This document shows positions 20,121 to 29,983 of a stretch of 248,000 nt of DNA, in pieces. This stretch comes from Hyalangium minutum (GTDB lineage: Bacteria > Myxococcota > Myxococcia > Myxococcales > Myxococcaceae). The first letter of the stretch is position 1, and each line of letters opens with the position of its first letter. The stretch is taken from positions 764,001 to 1,012,000 of the forward strand of contig NZ_JMCB01000006.1 of assembly GCF_000737315.1 (NCBI RefSeq). Direction: 5' to 3'. The position numbers and the translations under genes are program-made. The notes beneath the pieces were generated by a model. It was not told where the DNA came from and did not search any database. It saw only the letters and a program-made list of their open reading frames with translations.

Positions 20121-21470
20121 TCAGACGCCCAGCTTCTCCTCGAGGTCATCCAGCTCGCGCTTCACCGTGGGGTCTGTCTCGCGAGACCCCTCCACCTTCC
20201 GCACCGAGGCGATGACGGTGGAGTGGTCCTTGTTGAACCGCGAGGCGATCTCCGGGAACGAGCTCTTCGTCAGCTTGCGGCACAGGTACATGGCCACCTG
20301 GCGCGCGTGGGCCAGCGCCTTGTGCCGCCGGTCCTCCTTCAGCGCCTCCACCGTCACCTTGTAGTACCGCGCCACCTCGCGCTGAATCGCCTCCACGTCC
20401 ACCACCCGGTTGGCTGGGAGGATGTCCTTCAGCACGTTCGCCGCGAACTCCACCGTCAGCGGCTGCCGCGACAGGCTGTGGATGGCCGACAGCTTCACCA
20501 GCGCACCCTCCAGCTCGCGCACGTTGCGCTGGATGTGCTTGGCGATGAAGTGCGCCACGTCATCCGGCAGCGTCAGCCGCTCCGCCTCCGCCTTCTTCTG
20601 GAGGATGGCCACCCGCGTCTCGTAGTTCGGCTCGCGGATGTCCGTAATCAAGCCCATGGTGAACCGGCTGCGCAGCCGCTCCTCCAGGCCCGGAATCTCC
20701 GAGGGCAGCGTGTCCGAGGTGAGGACGATGGCCTTGTTCAGCTCGTAGAGCGTGTTGAAGGTGTAGAAGAACTCCTTCTGCGTCTCCTCGCGCTTGCCGA
20801 GGAACTGGATGTCGTCGATGAGCAGCACATCGCACTCCTCGCGGAACTTCCGCCGGAAGTCCGCCATGCGGTGCTCTCGCACGCTCTCCACGTACTCGTT
20901 GGTGAACTGCTCGCTCGACAGGTACACCACCCGCTGAGAGCCGTCCTTCTCCCAGATGTGGTTGCCCACCGCGTGCAGCAGGTGCGTCTTCCCCAGCCCC
21001 GTGCCCCCGTAGATGTAGAGGGGGTTGTAGTTGTGGCCCGGCTTCTCGGACACCGCCTGCGCCGCCGCCGCCGGCAGCTGGTTGCTGTCGGAGACCACGA
21101 AGGTGGCAAACGTGAACCGGGCGTTCAGCCGAGGCGGACGGGCCGAGTTCTCCTTGACTGTTGGTGCGGGCAGCAGGTTCGGCCCCCCCGAGGGCTCCTC
21201 CACCACCTCGTAGGCCACTTTGACCAATCCGTTCCCGACTCGGGCCAGCGTGGCCTCCAGCAGCGAGCGGTAGTGGTCATCCACCCAGTCGCGGAAGAAG
21301 CGATCAGGAACGCCCAGCACCAGCGCACCCTCGCGTACATCCAAGGCATGCATGCGTTCGAGCCACGTCAACGCGTACGTCTTTCCCTCCTGCCGGATGG
21401 TATCCAGCGTCCGGGTCCAAATAATTCCGGCACTTGGCGGCGTACTCAGGGCTTCTGCGAGGGCACTCAC
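20121..21470 (-). CDS. dnaA: Chromosomal replication initiator DnaA
   Basis: YGGTGLGKTHL, LLIDDIQF, NVRELEGAL, KDHSTVI; ORF extends to 21545. Confidence 0.97.
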   Translation of the reverse strand: MSALAEALSTPPSAGIIWTRTLDTIRQEGKTYALTWLERMHALDVREGALVLGVPDRFFRDWVDDHYRSLLEATLARVGNGLVKVAYEVVEEPSGGPNLLPAPTVKENSARPPRLNARFTFATFVVSDSNQLPAAAAQAVSEKPGHNYNPLYIYGGTGLGKTHLLHAVGNHIWEKDGSQRVVYLSSEQFTNEYVESVREHRMADFRRKFREECDVLLIDDIQFLGKREETQKEFFYTFNTLYELNKAIVLTSDTLPSEIPGLEERLRSRFTMGLITDIREPNYETRVAILQKKAEAERLTLPDDVAHFIAKHIQRNVRELEGALVKLSAIHSLSRQPLTVEFAANVLKDILPANRVVDVEAIQREVARYYKVTVEALKEDRRHKALAHARQVAMYLCRKLTKSSFPEIASRFNKDHSTVIASVRKVEGSRETDPTVKRELDDLEEKLGV

Positions 21471-21851
21471 ACGTGTCTCGGGGATGCAAAATGGGCGACG
21501 GAAGCGAGGGTCGACCGTGCTAACAAACGCACACTGGACGATCAAGCACCCAAGTCAAAGGGCCGGAAGTCCGACGCTTTCTGCCGCCATTTCTGATCGG
21601 CAACGGCCATGCCGTTTTGGCTTGATTGTGGTGGCGGCCGACCCACCCCCCAGGTCTTGGGGTCGCCCGCTGAGGGTTCACGGGGAGTGTGGATGGCGCA
21701 AAAAGAGGGGCGGCGCTGATCGGCCGGGCAGGCGGCGCGGACGTCCGACACACGTCCAACGTTGACTTGGGTGGGAGAACGGGTTACGAGCGCCGCCTTT
21801 TCCTAGGCCGCGTCGGATCAGAGACGTCGCCGGTGTTTCAGGAGTTCAGCC

Positions 21852-22010
21852 ATGGCCAAGGCCAAGCGCACGTATCAGCCGTCGAAGGTGAAGCGCAATC
21901 GCACGCACGGGTTCCGCAAGCGCAACAGCACGCGGGCGGGCCGGGAGGTCCTCAAGCGCCGCCGCGCCAAGGGCCGCAAGCGGCTGGTGGTGTCCGCCCC
22001 GAAGAAGTAG
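21852..22010 (+). CDS. rpmH: 50S ribosomal protein L34
   Basis: [20 protein letters not shown]. Confidence 0.97.
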   Translation: MAKAKRTYQPSKVKRNRTHGFRKRNSTRAGREVLKRRRAKGRKRLVVSAPKK

Positions 22011-22025
22011 GCCGAGGGCCAGCTC

Positions 22026-22430
22026 GTGACGGCCGCGGACGCGGGGCCAGAGCGCCAGGGTGAAGGTTTCCCCAAGGCCCTGCGCCTGCTGCGCCGCTAC
22101 GAGTTTCTGCGGGTCCAGGAGGGCGGGCAGAAGCTCACCTCGGACTGCCTGCTGGCGTTGGTGAAGCGCAACGGCCGGCCGTACAGCCGGCTGGGGCTCA
22201 CAGTGTCCAGCAAGGTGGGCAACGCAGTGGTGCGCGTTCGCCTGCGGCGCCTGCTGCGCGAGCTGTTCCGCAAGCGGCGGGGGCAATGGCCCGCCGGGCT
22301 GGACGTGGTGTTGGTGGTGCGCTCGTCGGCGAAGGAGGTGTCCTTCGCGGAAATGTCGCGTGCCTTCGACGGTGTTACCCGCAAGCTTCAGCGGCTCTCT
22401 CCCGCCACGACAGGAGGGGCTTCCTCGTGA
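22026..22430 (+). CDS. rnpA: Ribonuclease P protein component
   Basis: [25 protein letters not shown]. Confidence 0.95.
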   Translation: MTAADAGPERQGEGFPKALRLLRRYEFLRVQEGGQKLTSDCLLALVKRNGRPYSRLGLTVSSKVGNAVVRVRLRRLLRELFRKRRGQWPAGLDVVLVVRSSAKEVSFAEMSRAFDGVTRKLQRLSPATTGGASS

Positions 22431-22645
22431 GTCCGCTCGCCTTCCTGCTCTCGCTGCCCATCCGTTTCTACCGCCGCTTCCTCGGGCCCCTGCTGCCGAA
22501 GGTGTGCCGCTTCTACCCCTCGTGCTCCACCTATGCGATGCAGGCGCTGGAGAAGCATGGCGGCCTCAAAGGCTCCTGGCTCACCGTGCGCCGCCTGTCG
22601 CGGTGCCACCCCTTCCACCCTGGCGGCATGGACCCGGTGCCCTGA
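22427..22645 (+). CDS. yidD: Membrane protein insertion efficiency factor
   Basis: [24 protein letters not shown]. Confidence 0.95.
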   Translation: MSPLAFLLSLPIRFYRRFLGPLLPKVCRFYPSCSTYAMQALEKHGGLKGSWLTVRRLSRCHPFHPGGMDPVP

Positions 22646-22692
22646 GCCCGGCCCCCGCCCCGTAACGCCCTCTCCTCCGGAGAGAGGACTTT

Positions 22693-24501
22693 ATGAACCT
22701 CCCCCCTGACGATCCCTTCTCGCCGAACTCGAACGACTCCCAGAAGCGCCTGCTGATGGCCCTGGGCCTGTCCTTCGCGGCCGTCATGCTCTACATGGTC
22801 TTCTTCGCGCCCACGCCGACGCCGCCCGAGGCCGGTGCGGCGGACGGGGGCGTGGTGGCGGGGCCCGCCGACGCGGGCGTGGCGGCGCCCCCGCCGGGCG
22901 CGGCCACTCCGGGCGGCACGCCGGAGCTGACGGCCTCGCCCACGGAGCAGGAGGTGGCGCTGCGCACGGTGGAGCGCAAGCGCGAGGAGAGCGTCTACCT
23001 CTTCTCGAACGAGGGCGCGGGCCTGACTTCGGCGGAGCTCATCGGCCCGAAGATGCGCGAGCAGCAGCACCTCACCATCGCCGAGGGCTTCCAGAAGCTC
23101 TTTGGCAAGGAGCTGCCGCCGCCGCCGCAGATGAACCTGGTGCGGCCGGTGCCGGGCCAGCCGCTGCCGCTGTCGGTGAGCATCGAAGGCGGCTCGCCGC
23201 TGCCGGCCAACACGCGCTGGGCGGTGGCGGAGACGGGCGAGGACAGCGTGGCCTTCTCCGCGCGCCGAGGCCCGTGGGAAGTCACGAAGACGCTGCAGTG
23301 GGTGCGCAGCGGCTTCGAGCTGGCCTACACGGTTCAGGTGAAGAACACCTCGAGCCAGCCGCTGAGCGGCGAGCTGCAGGTGCACCACAACCGGGCCATC
23401 GACCCGAACTTCGAGCACGCGCCGTCCTTCTTCGGGGGCGTGGGCAACCAGAGCCGCGCGGCCTGCCACGTGGGCGAGGACCTGCACAAGCTGGTGCCCG
23501 ACGACAAGCCGCCGCAGGACACCACGGGCCCGGTGCACTACTTCGGCATTGATCAGCAGTACTTCCTGTCGGTGTTCTACCCCATCGAGGGACCTCGGCA
23601 GGGGCACTGCACGCTCCTGGCGACGCCCACGGCGCGTCAGGTGACGGCGGGCTTCCCGATTACCGTGAACCCTGGCGAGACGGTGACGCTGCGCTTCGGC
23701 GGCTGGCTCGGCCCGAAGGATCCAGATCTGCTGAAGCCGCTGCCCGGTCAGGACGTGCTGCGCTCGGCGGGGATGGCGGCGGCCACGTGGCACCCCACCG
23801 TCGAGAAGACGGTGGACTTCGGCATCTGGGAGCTCATCTGCAAGGTGCTCCTGTTCTTCATGAAGTTCTTCCACTCCGTCACCGGCAACTGGGGCGTGGC
23901 CATCATCCTGCTCACGGTGCTGGTGAAGCTCGTGCTGCTGCCGCTCACCTACAAGTCCATGGTCGGCATGGAGGCGGTGAAGGAGCTCCAGCCGAAGATG
24001 GAGGAGATCAAGAAGAAGTACGCGGATGACCGCGAGCGGATGAACCTCGAGGTGATGAAGCTGTACCAGCAGGCCAAGGTGAACCCGCTCGGCGGCTGCT
24101 TGCCCCTGCTGATCCAGATGCCGGTGTGGATCGCCCTGTTCACCGCGCTGCGCAACAGCTTCGACATCTACTGGGAGCCCTTCATCGGTCCCATCTGGAG
24201 GGACTTGACGTACAAGGACCCCACCTACCTGCTGCCCCTGGCGCTGGGGGTGTCGATGATCATCACCCAGAAGATGCAGCCGCAGATGATGGATGCGGCC
24301 CAGGCGCGCATCATGATCTGGGTGATGCCGGTCATCTTCACGCTGACGCTGCTGCAGTACCCGGCGGGTCTGTCGCTCTACATCTTCACCAACAACCTCC
24401 TCTCCATTGGTCAGCAGTACGGGTTGAGGAAGTGGCTGGATCACCAGAAGTTGAAGCGCGGGGGCGTACCGGCGGCATCCGGGGGAGGCAAGCGCAAGTG
24501 A
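22693..24501 (+). CDS. yidC: Membrane protein insertase YidC
   Basis: GNWGVAIILLT, NPLGGCLPLLIQMP. Confidence 0.95.
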   Translation: MNLPPDDPFSPNSNDSQKRLLMALGLSFAAVMLYMVFFAPTPTPPEAGAADGGVVAGPADAGVAAPPPGAATPGGTPELTASPTEQEVALRTVERKREESVYLFSNEGAGLTSAELIGPKMREQQHLTIAEGFQKLFGKELPPPPQMNLVRPVPGQPLPLSVSIEGGSPLPANTRWAVAETGEDSVAFSARRGPWEVTKTLQWVRSGFELAYTVQVKNTSSQPLSGELQVHHNRAIDPNFEHAPSFFGGVGNQSRAACHVGEDLHKLVPDDKPPQDTTGPVHYFGIDQQYFLSVFYPIEGPRQGHCTLLATPTARQVTAGFPITVNPGETVTLRFGGWLGPKDPDLLKPLPGQDVLRSAGMAAATWHPTVEKTVDFGIWELICKVLLFFMKFFHSVTGNWGVAIILLTVLVKLVLLPLTYKSMVGMEAVKELQPKMEEIKKKYADDRERMNLEVMKLYQQAKVNPLGGCLPLLIQMPVWIALFTALRNSFDIYWEPFIGPIWRDLTYKDPTYLLPLALGVSMIITQKMQPQMMDAAQARIMIWVMPVIFTLTLLQYPAGLSLYIFTNNLLSIGQQYGLRKWLDHQKLKRGGVPAASGGGKRK

Positions 24502-25283
24502 CGGAGCAGGCTCAACCGCAGCAGTCCCCCTCTGGCGCAGGCACAGGAGGGGAGACCCGCGGCCGCGTGGAGAAGCTCCTCCCGGACATCCTGGGGCTGA
24601 TGGGCTACCCCGCCCGGCTGGAGTTCCGTGACGCCTCGGATGGCAGCCTCGCCGTGGCGCTCCACTTCGAGGCGGGTTTGCCTCCAGGCGTGGAGAGCGG
24701 CAAGCGCAGCCAGGTGCTGGACTCGCTCCAGTTCCTCCTCAACAAGATGCTCCACCGCCCGGGCTTCGAGCGGCGCTGGGTGTTGCTCGGCGCGGGTGTC
24801 TTCCCCGAGCCTCGGCCTCGCAAGGAGGCCCCGCCTCTCGCGCCCGCTCCGGGTGCGAGCGGTGCTGCGCCGGCGCCACGTCCGGCGGCTCCTCCGAAGG
24901 CTCAGGCGCCCGCCCCCGCGCCGGCTCCCGCTCCGCAGCAGAAGGCGGCGCGGCCTGCTCCAGCGCCTGCGGCCCCGCCTCCCGCGAAGCGCGGCGAGCC
25001 GGACGAGCGCACGGTGGAGGCGCCCGAGGATGCCGTGCTGAAAGAGGCTGCCCGCCAGCTGGCCGGGAAGTCAGGTTCGCTCGGCCGCTTCTATGCCATC
25101 GCGGCCATGAAACTCGAGGACCGGGCGCGCGTCTTGAAAGCAGTGGAGGGTGTGGCCGGCGTCGCGGTGACGGGCGAGGGCGAGGGCCGGTGCCGCCGGG
25201 TGGTGTTTACTCCGGAGAAGCCCGCGCCGCTGCCGCGGAAGATGCTGCTGCCGGATGATGACGAGGACGATTTCGAGGGCTGA
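24498..25283 (+). CDS. Jag/KhpB-like RNA-binding protein (degenerate KH and R3H)
   Basis: Position after yidC, LDSLQFLLN, R3H-like C-terminus. Confidence 0.65.
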   Translation: MTEQAQPQQSPSGAGTGGETRGRVEKLLPDILGLMGYPARLEFRDASDGSLAVALHFEAGLPPGVESGKRSQVLDSLQFLLNKMLHRPGFERRWVLLGAGVFPEPRPRKEAPPLAPAPGASGAAPAPRPAAPPKAQAPAPAPAPAPQQKAARPAPAPAAPPPAKRGEPDERTVEAPEDAVLKEAARQLAGKSGSLGRFYAIAAMKLEDRARVLKAVEGVAGVAVTGEGEGRCRRVVFTPEKPAPLPRKMLLPDDDEDDFEG

Positions 25284-25312
25284 GCGGCCGAGGCTCGGTC
25301 TTGAGGTGGGAG

Positions 25313-25542
25313 CCATGGGGAAGGCGAAGTCTCTCAAGGACAAGCTGTTTGGCGCGGCGGTGCTGAAGATGAGCTTCCGCCTGCGTGGGGATGAGGACTC
25401 GCCCGCCTTCCGCTTCGTCTACCCGGGCGTGCTTCGAGACCTCGAGCTGGAGGACGAGGCCGTGGAGAAGTACATCCAGGAGCACCGCGACACCGTGGAG
25501 AAGGCGGCTCGCGGCTCCACCCCCGCGCCGGGCCCTCGGTAA
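25313..25542 (+). CDS. Small hypothetical protein
   Basis: GGGAG RBS, MGKAKSLKDKLF, in operon. Confidence 0.65.
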
Positions 25543-25550
25543 GCGGACCG

Positions 25551-26888
25551 GTGTCTGTCTCCACCATCGCTGCCCTGGCCACCGCGCCCGCCGCTGGCGC
25601 CGTGGGAATTGTCCGGCTGTCTGGGCCCGTGGCGCTCGAGGTGGGCCGCAAGCTGGCCCCCGGAGTGCCCGCCGAGCCCACGCCCCGCCACGCGTACCTG
25701 ACTGCCTTCGTGGATGCGGAGGGCCGGACGCTCGATGAGGGGCTGTTCCTCTACTTCCGCGCGCCGAGCTCTTTCACCGGAGAGGACGTGGTGGAGCTGC
25801 AGGCCCACGGTGGGCCGCGTCTGCTGCAGCTGCTGCTCGCGCGGGTGCTGGAGGATGGGCGCGTGCGCCCGGCTCGGCCCGGAGAGTTCACCCGCCGCGC
25901 CTTCCTCCATGGCCGCTTGGACTTGGCGCGCGCGGAGGCCGTGGCGGATCTCGTGGCCGCAGACTCGGAGGCAGCGGTGCGGGCGGCGGCAGCGGGGCTC
26001 TCGGGCGCCCTGTCCGAGCGAATCCAGGCTCTGGAGGATCCGCTGCGCGCACTCCACGCGGACCTGGAGGGCGTGCTCAACTTCCCGGACGAGGCCGAGG
26101 GCGCGGATGAGGACGCAAGCGCTCGGGTAGCGGCGCTGAGGGCCGAGGCGCAGAGGCTCCTGTCCGAAGCGGGGCGAGGCCGGTTGGTGCGGCGAGGCGC
26201 TCGGGTGGTGCTCTACGGGCCGGTGAACGCGGGCAAGTCCACCCTCTTCAACCGGCTGGTGGGCGAGGCGCGGGCGCTCGTGGACGACGAGCCTGGCACC
26301 ACGCGCGATGTCCTGGAGGCTCGCGTCGAGTGGGAGGGGCTGGCCCTGGCGCTGCTCGACACCGCGGGTCTGCGGGAAGCGCCCGGCCGCGTCGAAGCGC
26401 TGGGGATCGCCCGCACGCGTGAGTCCCTCTCCGGCGCGGATCTGGCCGTGCTCGTGCTGCCGCCCGGAGTCTCCTCCACCGAGGCCGAGGCCTGGACGCG
26501 CGAGGCGGGCGCCACGCCCGTGCTGCACGTGGCCGGCAAGTGCGACGTGGAGGCCCGCGCCGTGCCTGTCTCGACAGGTGAAGCTCTGCTCCGCGTGAGT
26601 GGCCTCACCGGGCAGGGCGTGGAGGGACTGCGGACCACGGTCCTCTCCCGGCTGTGGGGAGGAGGAACGCCCTCCGCGGTGGCGCTCGTTTCTGAACGTC
26701 ACGCTGACGCGCTGCGCCGCGCCTGTGAGGCCCTTGCACGTGCGGAAGAGGCCAGCGGCGTCTCCACTCTGGAGGTCGTCTCGGGCGAGGTAGGCCTGGC
26801 GCTCGAGGCGCTCGGAGAGGTGTCCGGGACGCACGTCTCCGAGGCCCTCCTGGACGCCATCTTCCAGCGCTTCTGCATCGGCAAATAG
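25551..26888 (+). CDS. mnmE: tRNA modification GTPase MnmE
   Basis: GPVNAGKSTLFN, PGTTRD, DTAGLR, FCIGK. Confidence 0.96.
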   Translation: MSVSTIAALATAPAAGAVGIVRLSGPVALEVGRKLAPGVPAEPTPRHAYLTAFVDAEGRTLDEGLFLYFRAPSSFTGEDVVELQAHGGPRLLQLLLARVLEDGRVRPARPGEFTRRAFLHGRLDLARAEAVADLVAADSEAAVRAAAAGLSGALSERIQALEDPLRALHADLEGVLNFPDEAEGADEDASARVAALRAEAQRLLSEAGRGRLVRRGARVVLYGPVNAGKSTLFNRLVGEARALVDDEPGTTRDVLEARVEWEGLALALLDTAGLREAPGRVEALGIARTRESLSGADLAVLVLPPGVSSTEAEAWTREAGATPVLHVAGKCDVEARAVPVSTGEALLRVSGLTGQGVEGLRTTVLSRLWGGGTPSAVALVSERHADALRRACEALARAEEASGVSTLEVVSGEVGLALEALGEVSGTHVSEALLDAIFQRFCIGK

Positions 26889-26970
26889 CCCACTTCCGTG
26901 GGCCGCCGGGGGGATGTCAGACCCCTCCTTATTATGCGTTCCCGTCCAGCCGCTACACGGAGAGGGAACG

Positions 26971-27576
26971 GTGATGGAGACCCGCATTGATCAGGCCACG
27001 TACTCGGTGCTCAACGCGCTACCCCTGGGGTGGGTGGGCGAGATTGTCGAGGACGAACTCGTCGCCTCGCCTCGCCCCCTGGCCGCCCAGACGCGCGCGG
27101 CCTTCATGCTGGGAGTCACGCTCGGGGAGCAGTTGGATCAGCGCCGGGGCGGCAATGGCCGCTGGTGTTTCCTGCGTGCCCCCGAGCTGCACCTGGGCCG
27201 CGATGTGATGGTGCCCGAGCTGGCCGGCTGGCGCCGCGAGCGCGTGGCCGAGCCGATGGATCCGAGCGCTCCCTTCCTCACCCTCACGCCCGACTGGGTG
27301 TGCGAGGTTGTCTCTCCGGTGACGATTGCCTTGGATCGCACGCGCAAGCTGCCGCTGTACGCGCAGCACGGCGTGTCCACCGCGTGGTTCATTGATCCGG
27401 AGGCACGCACGCTCGAGGTGTTCCAGCGTCTCAAGCGCGGCTGGCTCTTTGCTGCTTCCTACGAGGGAGACGCGCTGGTGCGCGCCGAGCCCTTCCCTCA
27501 CGTGGGGTTCGAGCTGGGCTCGCTCTGGCTGCCCGCCGAGACCGAGGTTCCGCTGGCGCTGGCCGTCGGGCGGTAG
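26971..27576 (+). CDS. Uma2 family endonuclease
   Basis: PELAGWRRER, PDWVCEVVSP. Confidence 0.85.
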   Translation: MMETRIDQATYSVLNALPLGWVGEIVEDELVASPRPLAAQTRAAFMLGVTLGEQLDQRRGGNGRWCFLRAPELHLGRDVMVPELAGWRRERVAEPMDPSAPFLTLTPDWVCEVVSPVTIALDRTRKLPLYAQHGVSTAWFIDPEARTLEVFQRLKRGWLFAASYEGDALVRAEPFPHVGFELGSLWLPAETEVPLALAVGR

Positions 27577-27588
27577 CGCCGGGCGGCC

Positions 27589-28617
27589 TCAGGCCACGAG
27601 CGAGAAGACATCGCTCCCGAGCTGCAGCAGCCGGCGCACGGCGCGCACCAGCAGCTCGGGATCCACCGGCGCCGCGAGGAAGCCCAGCGCTCCCACCGCC
27701 TGCGAGCGCTTCAGCTCCTCCTCCGGCGCCTTGCCCGCCACCAGCACTCGGGCCGTCACCCGCTGCCCGAGCGCCTCCATGGAGGGCAGCGGCGAGACAA
27801 TCACCATGTCCGCAGTGGCGCCGCGAGCCTCAGCCGCGCTCGCCTCACGCGCGGCAATCCCCGCCTCGCCCAGCACGCGCAGCAGCCCCGTGGTCGCGGT
27901 CTCGCCCCAGCCGTAGACGAGCACCCGCTCCGTCTGCTCCCAGGGCACCCACTGCGGCGAAGCCTCCACGCTGGCCGCGTCCGCGATCTCCAGCTCCAGC
28001 GGCGTGAGCATCGGCAGCCCGTCCTGCAGCAGCGTGGGCGCCGGCGCTGCGTCCTGCTCGAAGAGGGCGTCGTCGATGACCACGTCCTCGATCATGCAGT
28101 TGTTCATGAAGGCCATGACCTCTTCGGCCGCAGGCAGCTCCACGGCGCGGGGGTCTCCCACCTTCGACACCTCGTACATCTCCCCGCGGTACAGCCGGGA
28201 GATGGCCCGGCGAATGGCCGCGTCCGTCGCGAGCCGCGGCACCACCCGGCCCCGGCCCGACACGCTCTTCACCACGTCCAGCGTGTCCAGGCTCGCCGGC
28301 GCCGCGATGGCCACCACCAGCGTCGACTCTCGCGCGCCCTCCAGCCGCAGCGGCACCACCTTGCGCGCCTCCGCCACCTTCAACGGCACCAGCCGCGCCA
28401 GCCGCGGATCCAACACCAGCGAGTCCAGGTCCACCGAGGCGATGCCCGTCTGCTCCTCCAGCGCGGCAAAGACGCGCTCGGAGGAAGCGAAGCCCTGGTC
28501 CACCACCACCTGGCCCAGCGGCAGCCCCCACTGGCGCTGGAACGCCAGCGCTGATTGGAGCTGCAACGAATCCACCACCCCACGCGCCACCAAGATGTCG
28601 CCGAGCCGCTTCTTCAT
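27589..28617 (-). CDS. MshEN/GspE N-terminal domain protein
   Basis: KKRLGDILV..PLGQVVV, KVVPLRL. Confidence 0.75.
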   Translation of the reverse strand: MKKRLGDILVARGVVDSLQLQSALAFQRQWGLPLGQVVVDQGFASSERVFAALEEQTGIASVDLDSLVLDPRLARLVPLKVAEARKVVPLRLEGARESTLVVAIAAPASLDTLDVVKSVSGRGRVVPRLATDAAIRRAISRLYRGEMYEVSKVGDPRAVELPAAEEVMAFMNNCMIEDVVIDDALFEQDAAPAPTLLQDGLPMLTPLELEIADAASVEASPQWVPWEQTERVLVYGWGETATTGLLRVLGEAGIAAREASAAEARGATADMVIVSPLPSMEALGQRVTARVLVAGKAPEEELKRSQAVGALGFLAAPVDPELLVRAVRRLLQLGSDVFSLVA

Positions 28618-28910
28618 GGTCCGTACCTCGCTGCCGCCCCCCGGGCGGTCCATGGGTGGGAACTGGGCTACATGCACCGCAACCCAGGGAGAAAGTAGCC
28701 AGCACCCTTACCCATCTCTTGGCCGCCCGTCTTCTTCCCGGGCGCCAGAATGTTCAGCGCCCGCGCCACAAGCCTGCGATTTTCCTGGTTTCCGTCGCTG
28801 CTCTCCGGGAAGGCAGGCTGTCCTGGACTGTCTACCTCTCGCCTCCTTGGCAGACTTGGCACGGAGTTTGTGTCAGGTGGAAGTCAGGTAGGTGGTAGTG
28901 CGAGACAGGC

Positions 28911-29519
28911 ATGCCCATCTTCCGGGGCGTGTACGACGTTGCTCTCGAAGACGTGCTCCGGTGCCTGAGGGAAGAGGTCCACGGAGCCTGCGGTGCGGTG
29001 AAGGTCGGTCAACGGCTGGAGGGAGTCCTCGTGCGTCCGGAGTCGCTGGGGCCCTACCTCCACTTCCGGCGGGGGCGCTACACGCGCAACCTCGTGTACC
29101 GGGATCCTCGCTTCGAGGTGGTGCTCAACTGCTGGGATGCGGGCATCTCCTCGCCCATCCACGACCATGCCGAGCAGGAGTGCTGGTTCAGCATCCAGGC
29201 CGGCACCTTCCTGCTCGAGGACTACCCGCTGCTGGCTGGAGGCCGCGAGCCGGGCTATGCCCTGCTGGGCAAGCCGCGCCCCTCGGAGGCGGTGGGGCCA
29301 GGCCACGTGGACTACCGGGGACCGCTGGACTCCATCCACCGCGTCACCGCGCTGCAGGGCCCGGCCGTCACCCTGCACGTCTACGCGTCGCCCGTGGAGC
29401 AGTGCCTGGTGTTCGATGTGCGCCGCCAGCGCTGTGCCACCCGCCAGCTCTGCTACCACTCCGTCTTCGGCCGCCCCGTGGAGGCCCGGCCCAGCGCAGA
29501 GCTGCCCGGACGGCTCTAA
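28911..29519 (+). CDS. Cysteine dioxygenase family cupin
   Basis: SPIHDH, SIHRV, TLHVY. Confidence 0.85.
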   Translation: MPIFRGVYDVALEDVLRCLREEVHGACGAVKVGQRLEGVLVRPESLGPYLHFRRGRYTRNLVYRDPRFEVVLNCWDAGISSPIHDHAEQECWFSIQAGTFLLEDYPLLAGGREPGYALLGKPRPSEAVGPGHVDYRGPLDSIHRVTALQGPAVTLHVYASPVEQCLVFDVRRQRCATRQLCYHSVFGRPVEARPSAELPGRL

Positions 29520-29719
29520 GCCCACCTCCAAGGCGCTACCCGGTACTGAGGTGGGATGGCGGAGAAGTGTCAGCCTCAGGTTATAGACTCGCTGCGTCAT
29601 CTGTTCCCAGGGGTTCAAGCTGCCTGGGGCTCGCATCCGCTTCTCTCACGTTGGGCGGGAGAGGGGGAGTCAGCGGCTCTTCCGCCGACGCGTCCGCGCG
29701 GGTGACGAGGGAGGTAGCA

Positions 29720-29968
29720 ATGAAGCGACAGGGTTGGATGCTGAGCTGGGGGTTGGCCGTGGGGGTGTGGCTGGCCGCCACGCCGGCCGGTGCCGACGAC
29801 AAGCGCCGCGATCCTCAGCGGTGCGAGGAGCGCTGTGACGACGAGGCCCAGCGCTGCCGGGACATCTGTAAGAAGTTCGCGGGCAACGACAACGACGCGT
29901 GCTTCAAGGCGTGCAGCGACGAGGAGAAGCGCTGCAAGCAGCAATGCAAGGAGTCCGCGCGCCGGTAG
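29720..29968 (+). CDS. Small secreted Cys-rich protein
   Basis: GGAGG RBS, signal peptide, 8 Cys in CX3C repeats. Confidence 0.7.
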   Translation: MKRQGWMLSWGLAVGVWLAATPAGADDKRRDPQRCEERCDDEAQRCRDICKKFAGNDNDACFKACSDEEKRCKQQCKESARR

Positions 29969-29983
29969 CCCGGCGCGGCCGGT

